DNA of 64,000 bases from an uncultured bacterium (GCA_963749445.1 CAVVMJ010000003.1:64715-128714); one strand, 5' to 3'; shown: positions 20,597 through 30,615, counted from the first letter of the stretch. Notes: generated from the letters alone by a model not told the origin. Translations and numbers: made by a program.

Positions 20597-20626
20597 AAAA
20601 CATCCCGACACTGTCGGGACGTTTTT
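20597..20626. terminator. Bidirectional terminator
   Basis: AAAACATCCCGACA-C-TGTCGGGACGTTTTT between convergent genes. Confidence 0.75.
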
Positions 20627-20640
20627 TATTCTTTTTTCCA

Positions 20641-21846
20641 TTATTTCTTTTTGCTTTTTTGGTACGCCACCAATCCCTTTTTCAGCAAATCCATGGAAAC
20701 TTTTAGATCTTTAATGTTAAGAACATAGGCGATTCTGATTTCGTTTTTGCCCCGGCCTGGGGTAATGTAAAAATCCCGCATCGGCGTGACCATGACGGTT
20801 CGGCCCTTGTAGGAAAACTTACCAATCATAAATTTTACAAAGTCTTCCGAATCTTTAACCGGCAAACCCACGGCCTGGTAAAACGCGCCCTGGGCCGGCT
20901 TGAACACCGCGCCCGGAATTTTGCTTAAACCTTGCGCCACCACCTTTTGCCGAAGTTTGTATTCTTTGACAATGGTCCGAACGTATGGGCGGCTGTTCCG
21001 CAGCAGCGGCACCAAACCCAACTGCTCCAAAGTGCCGGTGGACAGCCTGGCCTGGGCGAACTTAAGCACGGAAGACATCACCTCGTTGTTAAAACTGGCC
21101 ACGCAGCCGATTCTCGCCCCGGGCATGGTAAAGCGCTTGGACGCGCTGTCCGTGACAATCACGTAGGCCCGGGCGTCTTTGCGGGCCAGCAAACAGGAAG
21201 GCTTGCCTTTAAACCTAATTTCGCGGTAAGTTTCGTCCGCAATAATGAACAGCTTGTGCTTTTTGGCGATTTTGACAATAATGTCCAGCTCTTTGTCGCT
21301 CCACAGCTTGCCCGTGGGGTTGTCGGGATTAATGACGACAATGGCTTTGGTCTTTTTGCCGATCTTTTTTTCCACGGCGGAAATGTCCGGCAAAGCGAAA
21401 TTCTTTTCTATGGGCAGCAGTACCGGCACCAGTTTGATGCCGGTCATCACCGCGAAAGACTTGTAACTGCTGTAGAGCGGCTCAAATACCAACAGCTCGT
21501 CGCCCGGGTCGCAAACAGCCTGCATGGCCAGCATAATCGCCTCAGCGCAGCCCACGGTCGGGATAATATTTTTCTGCGGCAGTTTAACGCCGTACTGTTC
21601 GTAATATTTTTGCCAAGCCTGTGTGTGCTCAGGGACTCCCGGGGAAGGCGTGTAGCCCAAACTGCGGTCGGAATAATTCCGGATGATCTTAAAAAATTCC
21701 CGCGGCGGCCGCAGGTCCGGATCGCCGACATTGACTTTATAAACCTTAATCCCTTTTTTCTCCGCGGCCTGCACAAAGGGCAAAAATTTTCTGATGGGCG
21801 AAGCAATTACGTTTTGCGCGCGTTTGGACACTTGCAATTTTGGCAT
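20641..21846 (-). CDS. PLP-dependent aminotransferase class I/II
   Basis: NPDNPTG, ADETY, SASKRFTMPGARIG. Confidence 0.9.
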   Translation of the reverse strand: MPKLQVSKRAQNVIASPIRKFLPFVQAAEKKGIKVYKVNVGDPDLRPPREFFKIIRNYSDRSLGYTPSPGVPEHTQAWQKYYEQYGVKLPQKNIIPTVGCAEAIMLAMQAVCDPGDELLVFEPLYSSYKSFAVMTGIKLVPVLLPIEKNFALPDISAVEKKIGKKTKAIVVINPDNPTGKLWSDKELDIIVKIAKKHKLFIIADETYREIRFKGKPSCLLARKDARAYVIVTDSASKRFTMPGARIGCVASFNNEVMSSVLKFAQARLSTGTLEQLGLVPLLRNSRPYVRTIVKEYKLRQKVVAQGLSKIPGAVFKPAQGAFYQAVGLPVKDSEDFVKFMIGKFSYKGRTVMVTPMRDFYITPGRGKNEIRIAYVLNIKDLKVSMDLLKKGLVAYQKSKKK

Positions 21847-21957
21847 ATTTTATGGGTTTAATTTTTATTCGTATGATAACCACCTACCGAAATTATATCA
21901 AAAATCCCGCCCCAAAGCCAACTGGGACGAAATTTTGATTGTGCGATAATTTTACGC

Positions 21958-22725
21958 TTATAATTTTTTTAGTTCCAAACACATAAACAAAGGAATCTCT
22001 TTGCGCGCCAAATCTTCGGCCTGTTTGCGCGGGCCTTGGTCGCTGACTTTATGCGACACCCACTCTTCCAAACGGACGACGGACAAACCGGCTTTGGCAA
22101 AAGCCTTAAAGTAAACTTGCAAAGGCCTGTGAAATGTCATTGTAAACTTCTTTTGGCTGACATTTGCCACGCCCTGCGTCATATCTACCTCTTGGAAAAT
22201 TTCCGATAGGTATTTATCAACGCGGCGATATTGGATATTGGTTTTTTCATCGTACGACCAGGAAGATGCGCCGGGTATGCGGAACGCCGGATGGTTAAGC
22301 ACTAACACGCACCTGCCGCCGGGTTTAAGGACCCGGGCTATTTCGCTAATTGCGGCTGATAAATTCTTTATGTTCTGCAAAGCCAAAACGCAAATTGCCG
22401 CGTCAAACCGGTTACTAATTAGCGACGTCATTTTTTCCGCGGATAAAACCAAATACGTCTCGTTTTTGCCGGACTCCTCTTTGGCCAGCCTTATTAACTC
22501 CCCGGCTATGTCTATGCCAACCACTTTGGCCCCCGATTGTGCAAGCGCCCGCGCAAAGAAACCCTGGCCGGAGCCCACGTCCAAAATTTCCTGTCCTTGG
22601 TGAGGGCCAATTATCCTTAACAAATTCGGTTTGATCAGTCTTTCCTGATAGGTATCTTCGCCCTCTTCTAACATCTGGTTATACCACCCGGCCACTTTAC
22701 CCCAAGATGTACTTTTTTTAAGCAT
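21958..22725 (-). CDS. Class I SAM-dependent methyltransferase
   Basis: ILDVGSGQG, RVLKPGG. Confidence 0.88.
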   Translation of the reverse strand: MLKKSTSWGKVAGWYNQMLEEGEDTYQERLIKPNLLRIIGPHQGQEILDVGSGQGFFARALAQSGAKVVGIDIAGELIRLAKEESGKNETYLVLSAEKMTSLISNRFDAAICVLALQNIKNLSAAISEIARVLKPGGRCVLVLNHPAFRIPGASSWSYDEKTNIQYRRVDKYLSEIFQEVDMTQGVANVSQKKFTMTFHRPLQVYFKAFAKAGLSVVRLEEWVSHKVSDQGPRKQAEDLARKEIPLFMCLELKKL

Positions 22726-22728
22726 AAA

Positions 22729-23130
22729 TCATTTCCTATTTAAATAAGTAACGGTCAGCTGCAAAATCGTGGCAAAACAAACCCACAACAAATACGGAAT
22801 GTTGGCATACGCCACCCAAGGCAAAAGCGGCTGAATAACAACCAGCGCCCAAACTAAAGTTATCAAAACCAGTAAAATATCAATCGCTGATAAAAAATTA
22901 TTTTTTAGCCCAAACTGCAAAGGCGTAAAAGCAAAATTAAAAACCAGATTTAAAATAAACGGCAGTGCCACTGCCCAACCTATCGCTCCGGTCAAAGTTC
23001 GATAAAATACAATGCCAAAAGTTATGACAATAATAATATACAGCACCGTCCACACCGGCCCAAACAGCCACCGCGGCGGCGCCCAGGAAGGCTTTTTTAG
23101 CTGCGAATACCAATTATAGGCGTTGTCCAT
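22729..23130 (-). CDS. tspO: TspO/MBR family protein
   Basis: WY.QLKKPSWAPP.WLFGPVWTVLY; PYLLWVCFA. Confidence 0.9.
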   Translation of the reverse strand: MDNAYNWYSQLKKPSWAPPRWLFGPVWTVLYIIIVITFGIVFYRTLTGAIGWAVALPFILNLVFNFAFTPLQFGLKNNFLSAIDILLVLITLVWALVVIQPLLPWVAYANIPYLLWVCFATILQLTVTYLNRK

Positions 23131-23142
23131 ATTTTGCCTCGC

Positions 23143-23544
23143 TTAAATTACGGGCTGCGCGCAGTGCGAGCAGCGCTTGGCCTCCAAAGGAATCTCGCTT
23201 AAGCACTCTTTGCATTTTTTGGTGGTGGGGTCGGCCGGCGGCTCTCTGTGGGAACGCTCGATCAGCATATTTATGGGCTTAACCACAAAGAAAAACACCG
23301 CCGCGGCCACCAGCACAAACGAAATCACCGCATTGATGAGATGGCCATACATAAACTTGCTGCCGTTTAGCGTAAACATCAAACCGCTAAAGTCCGGAAC
23401 TTTGGCTATTGCTGCGATGAACGGGGTCAGCAGGTCCGTTACCAGCGCGGTCACGACCACGCCAAAAGCCGCGCCAATGACCACGCCGACCGCCAAATCC
23501 ACCACGTTTCCCCGGAGCAAAAATTGCTTGAATTCCTTAAGCAT
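23143..23544 (-). CDS. mscL: Large-conductance mechanosensitive channel with C-terminal zinc ribbon
   Basis: EFKQFLLRGNVVDLAVGVVIGAAF; CKEC...CSHC tail. Confidence 0.93.
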   Translation of the reverse strand: MLKEFKQFLLRGNVVDLAVGVVIGAAFGVVVTALVTDLLTPFIAAIAKVPDFSGLMFTLNGSKFMYGHLINAVISFVLVAAAVFFFVVKPINMLIERSHREPPADPTTKKCKECLSEIPLEAKRCSHCAQPVI

Positions 23545-23617
23545 ATGTTTTTGGATTAATGTTTGTTAGTTTTTTAAATAATGATTCAAATATATAATAA
23601 TTATTTTACTCTTCCAT

Positions 23618-24202
23618 CTATTTCCGGCTAATCTCCGGGGACTGCTCAGAAAATTGTTTTAATGCTTGTGGAGTTACGTGGTAATCTGGCATATGTTTGC
23701 TTCCCCCCGATTCTATCCAACCTTTATTTACTAATTCTTTTATGGTAGCTGGGTCAAGCCCGCCAGCCTCCGCTGCAGTAAAAGGTTTGCCGCGCGTCCC
23801 ATAATACTCAACTAAAAACTTGCCCCACCCATCAATAGTCGTCGGCCTTTCAGTCCTGACGACATCAACTTTTATAGGCGATTTTTTAGACATTTTTTTA
23901 GGCGCACGCTGTCCTTTAGGCATATCCAAAAGAAGATTTCCCAATACCCTTCCGATTTCCCGACAGTGGTTGGGGGTTGGCCACATGGCAGGATCAGAAT
24001 TATTTAGCCAACTTTCTATTGTATTTCGCCCAAAACCCCGCCCGCCAAGGAGCTCAAACAACTTCTCCTCGCCGTAGCCTTTTTTTAAATCACTGAATCT
24101 TTGTAAGACTAACTTGCGCTCTACTCTATTTTTTTCCCTTTCGGTTTCCAATTCGGCCACACTTTGTATTTGCTCTGAAAAAGAGTCAAGTGTATCCGCC
24201 AT
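23618..24202 (-). CDS. Hypothetical protein (possible HTH plus winged-helix)
   Basis: GFGRNTIESWL...P; LDPATIKELVNKGWIE. Confidence 0.6.
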   Translation of the reverse strand: MADTLDSFSEQIQSVAELETEREKNRVERKLVLQRFSDLKKGYGEEKLFELLGGRGFGRNTIESWLNNSDPAMWPTPNHCREIGRVLGNLLLDMPKGQRAPKKMSKKSPIKVDVVRTERPTTIDGWGKFLVEYYGTRGKPFTAAEAGGLDPATIKELVNKGWIESGGSKHMPDYHVTPQALKQFSEQSPEISRK

Positions 24203-24238
24203 ATTTTTTGCATTTACTTATTACTGACTACTGGTAAC

Positions 24239-24622
24239 TTAAAAAGAGACAACAATACGCCGCTGACGCGGGCCGTCAAATTCCATCAACACCACGCGTT
24301 GCCATGTCCCAAGCATAAGCTCCCCGCCTGATACCGGCAAAGTCAATGACGTGCCGATTATGGATGACAAAATATGGTCCGGCATGTGGCTTGGGTCGTG
24401 CGGGTGGCGGAATTGGATTTTGGGGATTATCTTTTCCAAAGCGTCCAGATAATCCAAGTCCGTGCCGCCTTCGTCCAAATCCGCCGTGGTCAGCGCGGCC
24501 GTGGTATGGGTAACAAACAAATTCACCAGGCCGTCTTTTTTGCCATCTAACAACCCGTTAACCTTATCGGTAATGTCAATTACCTCCCTTTTCTTTGTGG
24601 TTTTGATGATTAGTTCTTTCAT
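24239..24622 (-). CDS. YjbQ/UPF0047 family protein
   Basis: HTTAALT, LGTWQRVVLMEFDGPR. Confidence 0.9.
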   Translation of the reverse strand: MKELIIKTTKKREVIDITDKVNGLLDGKKDGLVNLFVTHTTAALTTADLDEGGTDLDYLDALEKIIPKIQFRHPHDPSHMPDHILSSIIGTSLTLPVSGGELMLGTWQRVVLMEFDGPRQRRIVVSF

Positions 24623-24713
24623 AAAAGCCGTAATTAAGTGTGAGGTTATATTCTAACTATAGCAAATAACCGGCAAAATATCTAAAAAATCGGACACTTG
24701 TCCGATTTTTACT

Positions 24714-24741
24714 GTTCTCTTATTCGCGCGAATATAAGAAC
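24714..24741. repeat. Solo ATTCGCGCGAAT palindrome
   Basis: GTTCTCTT-ATTCGCGCGAAT-ATAAGAAC. Confidence 0.8.
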
Positions 24742-24750
24742 GCCAGATAA

Positions 24751-25203
24751 TTATTTATTTTGCAATTTATTCAAAATTTCCAGCATTAGCCTATTTTGGT
24801 TTTCCAGGTGGCGCAAAATGGTTTCTATTTCCAGTTCCGCCTTGGTGTTAACTTCAAAATCGGCTTCCGCGCGCAGTTCAGCGTGCCGCCCCTGGAGGTT
24901 TTGGCCTATCATAATCAACGGCATTAAAAATATCTGGATCATGTTGGAAATAAACAGCCACAACACAAACGCCGGAAACGGGTCAAACCGCTCCCCTTTT
25001 GGCGCCAGCGTGTTCCAGGACAGCCAAGATATAGTCCAAACAAAAATAATCAGGAAAAAACCCATGGTACCAATATGCTCGGTAATCCACACCGCCAATT
25101 TTTCCAGCTTGCTTAAATGCTGGCGGTGTTCAAGGTTAACATTACGCAGAGGTCTCTGCATTTTTTCCAGCCCCTCGGGGCTTTTTGGTTGCGTGTTGTC
25201 CAT
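24751..25203 (-). CDS. DUF1003 family membrane protein
   Basis: GTMGFF, FDPFP, PLIMIGQN, DFEVNTKAELEI. Confidence 0.85.
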   Translation of the reverse strand: MDNTQPKSPEGLEKMQRPLRNVNLEHRQHLSKLEKLAVWITEHIGTMGFFLIIFVWTISWLSWNTLAPKGERFDPFPAFVLWLFISNMIQIFLMPLIMIGQNLQGRHAELRAEADFEVNTKAELEIETILRHLENQNRLMLEILNKLQNK

Positions 25204-25270
25204 AAATTTATGATTCTACTATAAAATATATACTTTGGAATATACTTTTTTAATTACTAAATTTTTATTT

Positions 25271-25816
25271 CTAACGGATTCCGGTATCGCAGGAAATATC
25301 AACGCTCACAAAGTTATTTGCCGCAACTTCTACTTGCTTTTGTTCGCAGCGCGGCAAAATATTGACCGGATTCACTTTTAAGGTATAAATGCCGACCGGA
25401 ACCATCAAACTAAACTTACCAGATGAGTCAGTCTGTCCTTGATATTCCTTGCCGGCCTGATTGATGGCCGCCACTTTCGCATTGATGTACGGCTTGTCGG
25501 CGCAATTAGGATCCGGCGGAATTCTTTGGACCGGACACGAAGGGCCGGTATGAACATAACCATTAATACCGCCGATTGGGGCGGGCGGGGGCGGCACAAG
25601 GGCGGGCGGAGTTGATGTAGCTTTCGCGGATGGTTGCGGACAAACGGCAAACTCGCACTTGGGCCCGGTTCTGCCCACGTAACTGCCATCCGGACACAGC
25701 TTAGCCTCCTGGGTGCAGGCAATAGGCTCTGGGGTTGGATTCGGATTAACTTTGGCCTGCTGGCATCCGGCCGCGAGCAAAAATATTATCGCAAACAAAA
25801 ATAAAGTTCTTTTCAT
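25271..25816 (-). CDS. Lipoprotein with Cys-rich motif and carboxypeptidase-regulatory-like domain
   Basis: LAAGC lipobox; CTQEAKLCPDGSYVGRTGPKCEFAVCP; TDSSGKF. Confidence 0.8.
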   Translation of the reverse strand: MKRTLFLFAIIFLLAAGCQQAKVNPNPTPEPIACTQEAKLCPDGSYVGRTGPKCEFAVCPQPSAKATSTPPALVPPPPAPIGGINGYVHTGPSCPVQRIPPDPNCADKPYINAKVAAINQAGKEYQGQTDSSGKFSLMVPVGIYTLKVNPVNILPRCEQKQVEVAANNFVSVDISCDTGIR

Positions 25817-25840
25817 AAATCACAACTTTAATTTTAACTA

Positions 25841-25866
25841 TTCGCCTATTCGCGCGAATTAGAGAA
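25841..25866. repeat. Direct repeat flanking ArsR gene 1 (3' side, overlaps stop)
   Basis: TTCGCCTATTCGCGCGAATTAGAGAA identical to 26153-26178. Confidence 0.9.
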
Positions 25867-26119
25867 TATCCAGAACCGATTTAAGTACGCGGCCAAACGG
25901 CCGGTTTAAAGAATAAAACATGCTCAAATTGATTTGTTCACGATCAACAATATCGGCCGTGCGTAAAATCCCCAAATGCTTGGACGTAGCTTTAAACGAC
26001 AGCTTAATTTCTTTGGCAATATCCCCCACCGCGGCCTTATGGTATTGGTGGAGATATCTAACAATGGCCAGCCGGCGGCGGTTAGCCAGAGCTTTTAAGG
26101 TTTTTTCCGTTTGTTTCAT
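25859..26119 (-). CDS. ArsR/SmtB family regulator 1 (86 aa)
   Basis: LKALANRRRLAI...VGDIA...SKHL.IL. Confidence 0.9.
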   Translation of the reverse strand: MKQTEKTLKALANRRRLAIVRYLHQYHKAAVGDIAKEIKLSFKATSKHLGILRTADIVDREQINLSMFYSLNRPFGRVLKSVLDIL

Positions 26120-26152
26120 AAATCTGTACCTATAATACCACAAAATCAACTG

Positions 26153-26178
26153 TTCGCCTATTCGCGCGAATTAGAGAA
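26153..26178. repeat. Direct repeat flanking ArsR gene 1 (promoter side)
   Basis: Identical to 25841-25866; overlaps predicted -35. Confidence 0.9.
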
Positions 26179-26222
26179 CAATAAAAAAAATTGTTAAAAT
26201 GTAAACTTTTTAATAATACTGT

Positions 26223-28291
26223 TCAATTACTTAAACTCTGCAAAAATTTCACAATTCTGTTATCCAGCATAATGTCGGCGCCTACGACCGGACATTTTAA
26301 GTACAGTCCTTCCAGGGTGCGGCAGCGGGAGAGAGCGACATAAAGCTGGCCGTGCGCGAATGTGCCGGTGGAAAGGTCTACGCAGACTTTGTCAAATGTT
26401 TTGCCCTGGGCTTTGTGGATGGTTACGGCCCAGGCCAATTTAAACGGATACTGGGTAAAGGTGCCTACGGTCCGGCTATCAATTTTTTGCGTGTCTTTGT
26501 CCAGGTAATATTGGTACATTTCCCAGGTATAAGGCGTGACGTATTCGGTTTCGCCGGTTTCCAGTTCGATGACGATGCTGTCGGATGATGGGGTTTGGTC
26601 TTCGTATTCATCAGAGGTCCCACCTCTCTGCCCCTCATGGGGGCTAGTGAGGGCATCTCCCCTCGCCCCGCCGTCGCCAAGGCTTTGGCGGGCAGGCAGG
26701 GGAGAAGGGAACACTGAATCATCACACGGCACGCCACGGCGTGCCGCTACATCGCCGTTATCGTTATTGTCATCGTTGTTGCCCTTTTCTATCCCCACAA
26801 TCTTGCCCATAGTGCCGTTGACCCAGCGTTTTTGCCTGTCGTTGTTAAGCATCATTATTTGCGCGCCGATTTTTACGCGCAGGTCCAAATCGGTGGGCAA
26901 TTCGCGGTCTTCAAATTTGCCGGACGCGCTGCCGTTATAAATTTTCGCAGGGGATAATATTTTTTCCAGGAAAAATCGTTAACCTTGCGCGCCCGCGCAT
27001 TGGTAGGCGTTAAATAAATCGCGAATTTTTCAAAAGTGAACGTTGCCCCGGCCTCCTGCGAGCGTTGGTTTAATATTATAAGATGTTCCTCGGTGGCCGC
27101 GTTGTTGCGCACGGCGTTCAAAACGTCCAAAAATACCTGATCCTTTTGCCTGTACACCTGTTGCAATTGGATATAATTAAATTTTGCGGTTTTAAAACTC
27201 CGGGAATCAAAAAAATACGGGCTTTGATATTCCTGCATCAGCACGCTTTCGCTGCCGAAATCTTTATCTACCGGCGGCAGCTGATACAAATCGCCGATGA
27301 ATATCATCTGCAATCCGCCAAAGGGCTCATGCGGAGCCGGGCCGTTTAAGCGCAAAAACTTTTCCAAACAATCCAGCAAGTCCGCGCGCACCATGGAGAT
27401 TTCATCGATAATTATCACATTAAGTTTTTGCAGCAACTCAAACTTTGCCGATCCCGGCTTTAACTTCTTTACCCTGTGGACGGTAATGTCCGGCCCAAAG
27501 GCGCAAAAACTGTGGATAGTCTGGCCTTCCACGTTCAAGGCAGCCACGCCCGTGGGCGCCAGCACCACGAGATTCTTTTTGGTGTGGTAACGGAAATATT
27601 GCAGCAAGGTGGATTTGCCCGTGCCCGCCTCGCCGGTTAAAAATAAATTTTGATTTGAATTTTCCAGCAACTCCAGCGCTTTTAGGGCTTCGGGATTTCC
27701 GTTAAAATCCAAGGGCGGGAGTTCCGGCTCATGACGACGAGCCTCTAATCGCGGACGGCCAAAATCCGCCCCTACATCCTCACGTCTATATTTAACCAAC
27801 TCCCCCGCCAGTTGCTCCAGGCGGTTGCGGATAAATTCGCCTTTTACTTTTCCCAACGCATCCGATATCCGTTTAATAAACGCCAAATAAGTTTCGCGCT
27901 TGCCCTGTAAATACTTTTGGTATTCCGCCCGCAAAAAATCGTTTTGGCCTTGCGGGATGGCCTCTTCGGTTTGTTTGTCCAGCTCTTTTTTACGGAACTC
28001 GCCCTGGGCGTAATCCCAACCCGGGACGTCTTGGAAACTTGCAGCCAGCCGCGCCTTGAGCCCGCCGGCCGCGCGGCCAAAATCCAAAATTATTTTGTCT
28101 AAAAACGCGTCAAAATCCCCTGGCTCACCCGCCACGTCGTTTCGCGAACGACTGTGGCCCGCGCAAAAATCCCGGTACAATTTCTTTAGCTTTTCGTCCT
28201 CTTCGGCGTCCCACTTCTTGCCCATGCGCGGATGCTTTTTGCGCAGTTCTTCGAGGTTGGATATTTTATTTTGGCTGATTGTATCTTGCAT
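26223..28291 (-). CDS. PIF1/RecD-like SF1B helicase with N-terminal Myb-like extension (frameshift near 26973)
   Basis: [30 protein letters not shown]; [23 protein letters not shown]. Confidence 0.88.
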
Positions 28292-28407
28292 TTATTTTTG
28301 ATTATCAGGCAGCTTCGGAACTGTAGCGTGCCCAATTTATTGGGCTGCAGCCGATAAATCGGCACGCTACACTACGAAAATCGGATCTCACGAAAAAACT
28401 CAAACTA

Positions 28408-29274
28408 CTATTTAACCGGCTTGGTGACCTTAACCGTAAAAGCGTTAATCTTGACACTGCCGGACACGTGCTCGCCGTGGACGGACAAAACGTCGCCGAT
28501 GTTCAGCTGCGCCGGCAGCACAGTCTTGCCGCTTTTATCCTGCAACTTGGCCTTACTTAAATCCACGCCGTAAATGACGTTGCCATTGCCAATAACAGTT
28601 ATGCTGTTGCCGTTTACGGCATAAAGCGCACCGCTAAAATCTATATTCACCAGCCGCAACATGCCCTGGACCTGGCCAGCTAAAACGTTTGCCTTGCTCC
28701 TGTCCCACTCCCCTTTAACCGTAACGCTCATCCCCAATTCCAAATCATTAAAAGTCGCGGCGGCTTTATTTTTGGTAAATGATGTAAAATTATTGGTGGT
28801 GATGGCCTGGCTGCCATTGGCCGTGCCTTGCATGGTAAAACTTAAACTTTGGGGATTAATGCCGGTAATTTTGCCGCTAAAGGTGCCGGTGTGCGCGTAT
28901 AAAGATAGATCCCTGGCCGCGGTGGCGCTGATGCTGTTGTCGTTCCAAAGCGTACCGGTAACCTGCATTTTATCACCAACCAGAATTTCCGAAAAGGCCA
29001 TGCTGGCGCCGTTCTTGCGCGTTAAAGCCGCATGGGACAATTCCGCGAGATAACTGGCTGCCGTGCCGTTGGTAATAACCACCCCGCTGCCCGCAAACCT
29101 TACCACCGTGCCGGATATGGTTTTTGGCCCCGCAGCCAAAACCACGGCCGGAGCCAGCAGGCAGACGGCAAAAAATACCCCCAAACCCAAACATATTTTC
29201 TTCACCCCGTTAGACATATTTGTAAATTTAATTTTAATTATTTTTTTAGTTTTGATAAAATTTTTGACAGCCAT
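28408..29274 (-). CDS. Secreted protein with three OB-like (DUF5666-like) repeats
   Basis: Signal peptide; repeated ...L.VGD.V.V.G motif. Confidence 0.75.
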   Translation of the reverse strand: MAVKNFIKTKKIIKIKFTNMSNGVKKICLGLGVFFAVCLLAPAVVLAAGPKTISGTVVRFAGSGVVITNGTAASYLAELSHAALTRKNGASMAFSEILVGDKMQVTGTLWNDNSISATAARDLSLYAHTGTFSGKITGINPQSLSFTMQGTANGSQAITTNNFTSFTKNKAAATFNDLELGMSVTVKGEWDRSKANVLAGQVQGMLRLVNIDFSGALYAVNGNSITVIGNGNVIYGVDLSKAKLQDKSGKTVLPAQLNIGDVLSVHGEHVSGSVKINAFTVKVTKPVK

Positions 29275-29370
29275 AAAAATTGAAGGTGCCTAACGGGGTA
29301 AATATTTTTGTTTCCTTATTTTTGAGGCGCTTAAGGCTAACTTTAGCACCCGGATAGTGATTTCCCCATT

Positions 29371-29446
29371 ATGGTATACTATCGTTCACCTATTGTCAAC
29401 CCCCACCAAATCGCCCAAAAACCGCATATAAAAAGACTTATCCACA
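29371..29446 (-). promoter_or_regulatory. Promoter with shared spacer motif and upstream DnaA box
   Basis: TTGACA-17-TACCAT; TTATCCACA at 29438-46. Confidence 0.6.
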
Positions 29447-29483
29447 GGTATTTATCCGGGATAAGCCAAGTCTGATTTTTTAC

Positions 29484-29513
29484 CGTTCCCCTATTCGCGC
29501 GAATTAGAAAACG
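29484..29513. repeat. Solo ATTCGCGCGAAT palindrome
   Basis: CGTTCCCCT-ATTCGCGCGAAT-TAGAAAACG. Confidence 0.8.
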
Positions 29514-29547
29514 TTGAAGCAGATACTTTATTTTTTACTTTTTTTCG

Positions 29548-30258
29548 TTATAATTTTTTTACAAATTTTGCGGTCTTGTTCCGCAATTTTAAAAGCCAAG
29601 TCATTAGATAGTTAACCAATTTGTCTTTTTCTTCCATTTTTCCGCGCCTAATGTGGTCAACGGTGCCAAAGGCCACGGCGTGGACCTCGGAAAGTAGGCG
29701 CTTGATTTGCGGCGACGAGCTGTTAAACCTCTTTTCGATTTCTCTTTTAACTTCCGAGGCTAACAAAGCATTGGCGACCCACACTTGATCGGCCAGATTT
29801 TCGTATTCTTCCTGCCTCATTTTAACAAGCTGGCGCATGAGCTTGGCGTTAGAGCCGTCAATCCCAAAACCGGTTAAGATTTTCTGGTATTGCCTCGGGA
29901 GCTCTTCTTCTACGCCGCTCCAAAAATGAAAATCGCCGTCTTTGACATATTGTTTTGCTTCGCCCAGGGCATATTCTGCTACCGACATCCCGGCAACCTG
30001 GAGCTCGTTAAAAATCCGGTCATGCTCCGAAACCGGAAGTTTTTCAAAATGCGCCAACCGGCGGAACTCGCTTTCATGGAAAATCCTGAATACCGACGGC
30101 AAAACATACTCCTCTATTATATGTCCCGCCGTGGCAATATACGGCCGCCTGTCTCTGGAATTGCCCATGGCTTTCATGAGCTTTAAAGCGCCGTACCTAA
30201 TAACCTTAACAAACGGCCGTAGAATAAAAGCCAGGATGTTTAAAAATGTTTGCTTCAT
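29548..30258 (-). CDS. Hypothetical protein
   Basis: 236-aa ORF, helical. Confidence 0.7.
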   Translation of the reverse strand: MKQTFLNILAFILRPFVKVIRYGALKLMKAMGNSRDRRPYIATAGHIIEEYVLPSVFRIFHESEFRRLAHFEKLPVSEHDRIFNELQVAGMSVAEYALGEAKQYVKDGDFHFWSGVEEELPRQYQKILTGFGIDGSNAKLMRQLVKMRQEEYENLADQVWVANALLASEVKREIEKRFNSSSPQIKRLLSEVHAVAFGTVDHIRRGKMEEKDKLVNYLMTWLLKLRNKTAKFVKKL

Positions 30259-30270
30259 AGCTTAAATCTA

Positions 30271-30295
30271 GCGCCTATTCGCGCGAATGGTTACC
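30271..30295. repeat. Direct repeat flanking ArsR gene 2 (3' side)
   Basis: GCGCCTATTCGCGCGAATGGTTACC; 24/25 match to 30591-30615. Confidence 0.9.
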
Positions 30296-30298
30296 GAC

Positions 30299-30559
30299 TT
30301 ACAACAGGGTTAAAGTTTGCCTCAGGAGCGTGGGTTTATTTTCGGGCAAAAAATAGAACACGTGCAAACTCTGCTGCTCGTGATCCACAAAGTTTACCGC
30401 GTCCAAAACCCGCAGATGTTTAGAGGTAGATTTAATCCGCAATTTGATTTCCTTGGCAATATCTCCCACCGAAGCTTTGCCACGACTTTTAAGATACTTG
30501 ATTATTGCCAGTCTCCGGCGGTTTCCCAGGGCTTTATATTGTCTTTCAAGTTCTTTCAT
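30299..30559 (-). CDS. ArsR/SmtB family regulator 2 (86 aa)
   Basis: KALGNRRRLAII...VGDIAKEIKL...SKHL; paralogue of 25859-26119. Confidence 0.9.
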   Translation of the reverse strand: MKELERQYKALGNRRRLAIIKYLKSRGKASVGDIAKEIKLRIKSTSKHLRVLDAVNFVDHEQQSLHVFYFLPENKPTLLRQTLTLL

Positions 30560-30590
30560 ACTGCTAAAATTATACCACATTTTATATCTG

Positions 30591-30615
30591 GCGCCTATTC
30601 GCACGAATGGTTACC
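30591..30615. repeat. Direct repeat flanking ArsR gene 2 (promoter side)
   Basis: GCGCCTATTCGCACGAATGGTTACC. Confidence 0.9.

Noticed and set aside
23143-23544. MscL zinc-ribbon tail and RhuM-Fic fusion (59330-60349) as novelties
   Set aside because: Both architectures are familiar from other bacteria.
29438-29446. DnaA boxes as a replication origin
   Set aside because: Only isolated single boxes (29438, 34013, 60568), with no cluster and no dnaA/dnaN.
24714-30615. ATTCGCGCGAAT repeats as a CRISPR array
   Set aside because: Spacing is hundreds to thousands of bp with genes in between, and there are no cas genes.
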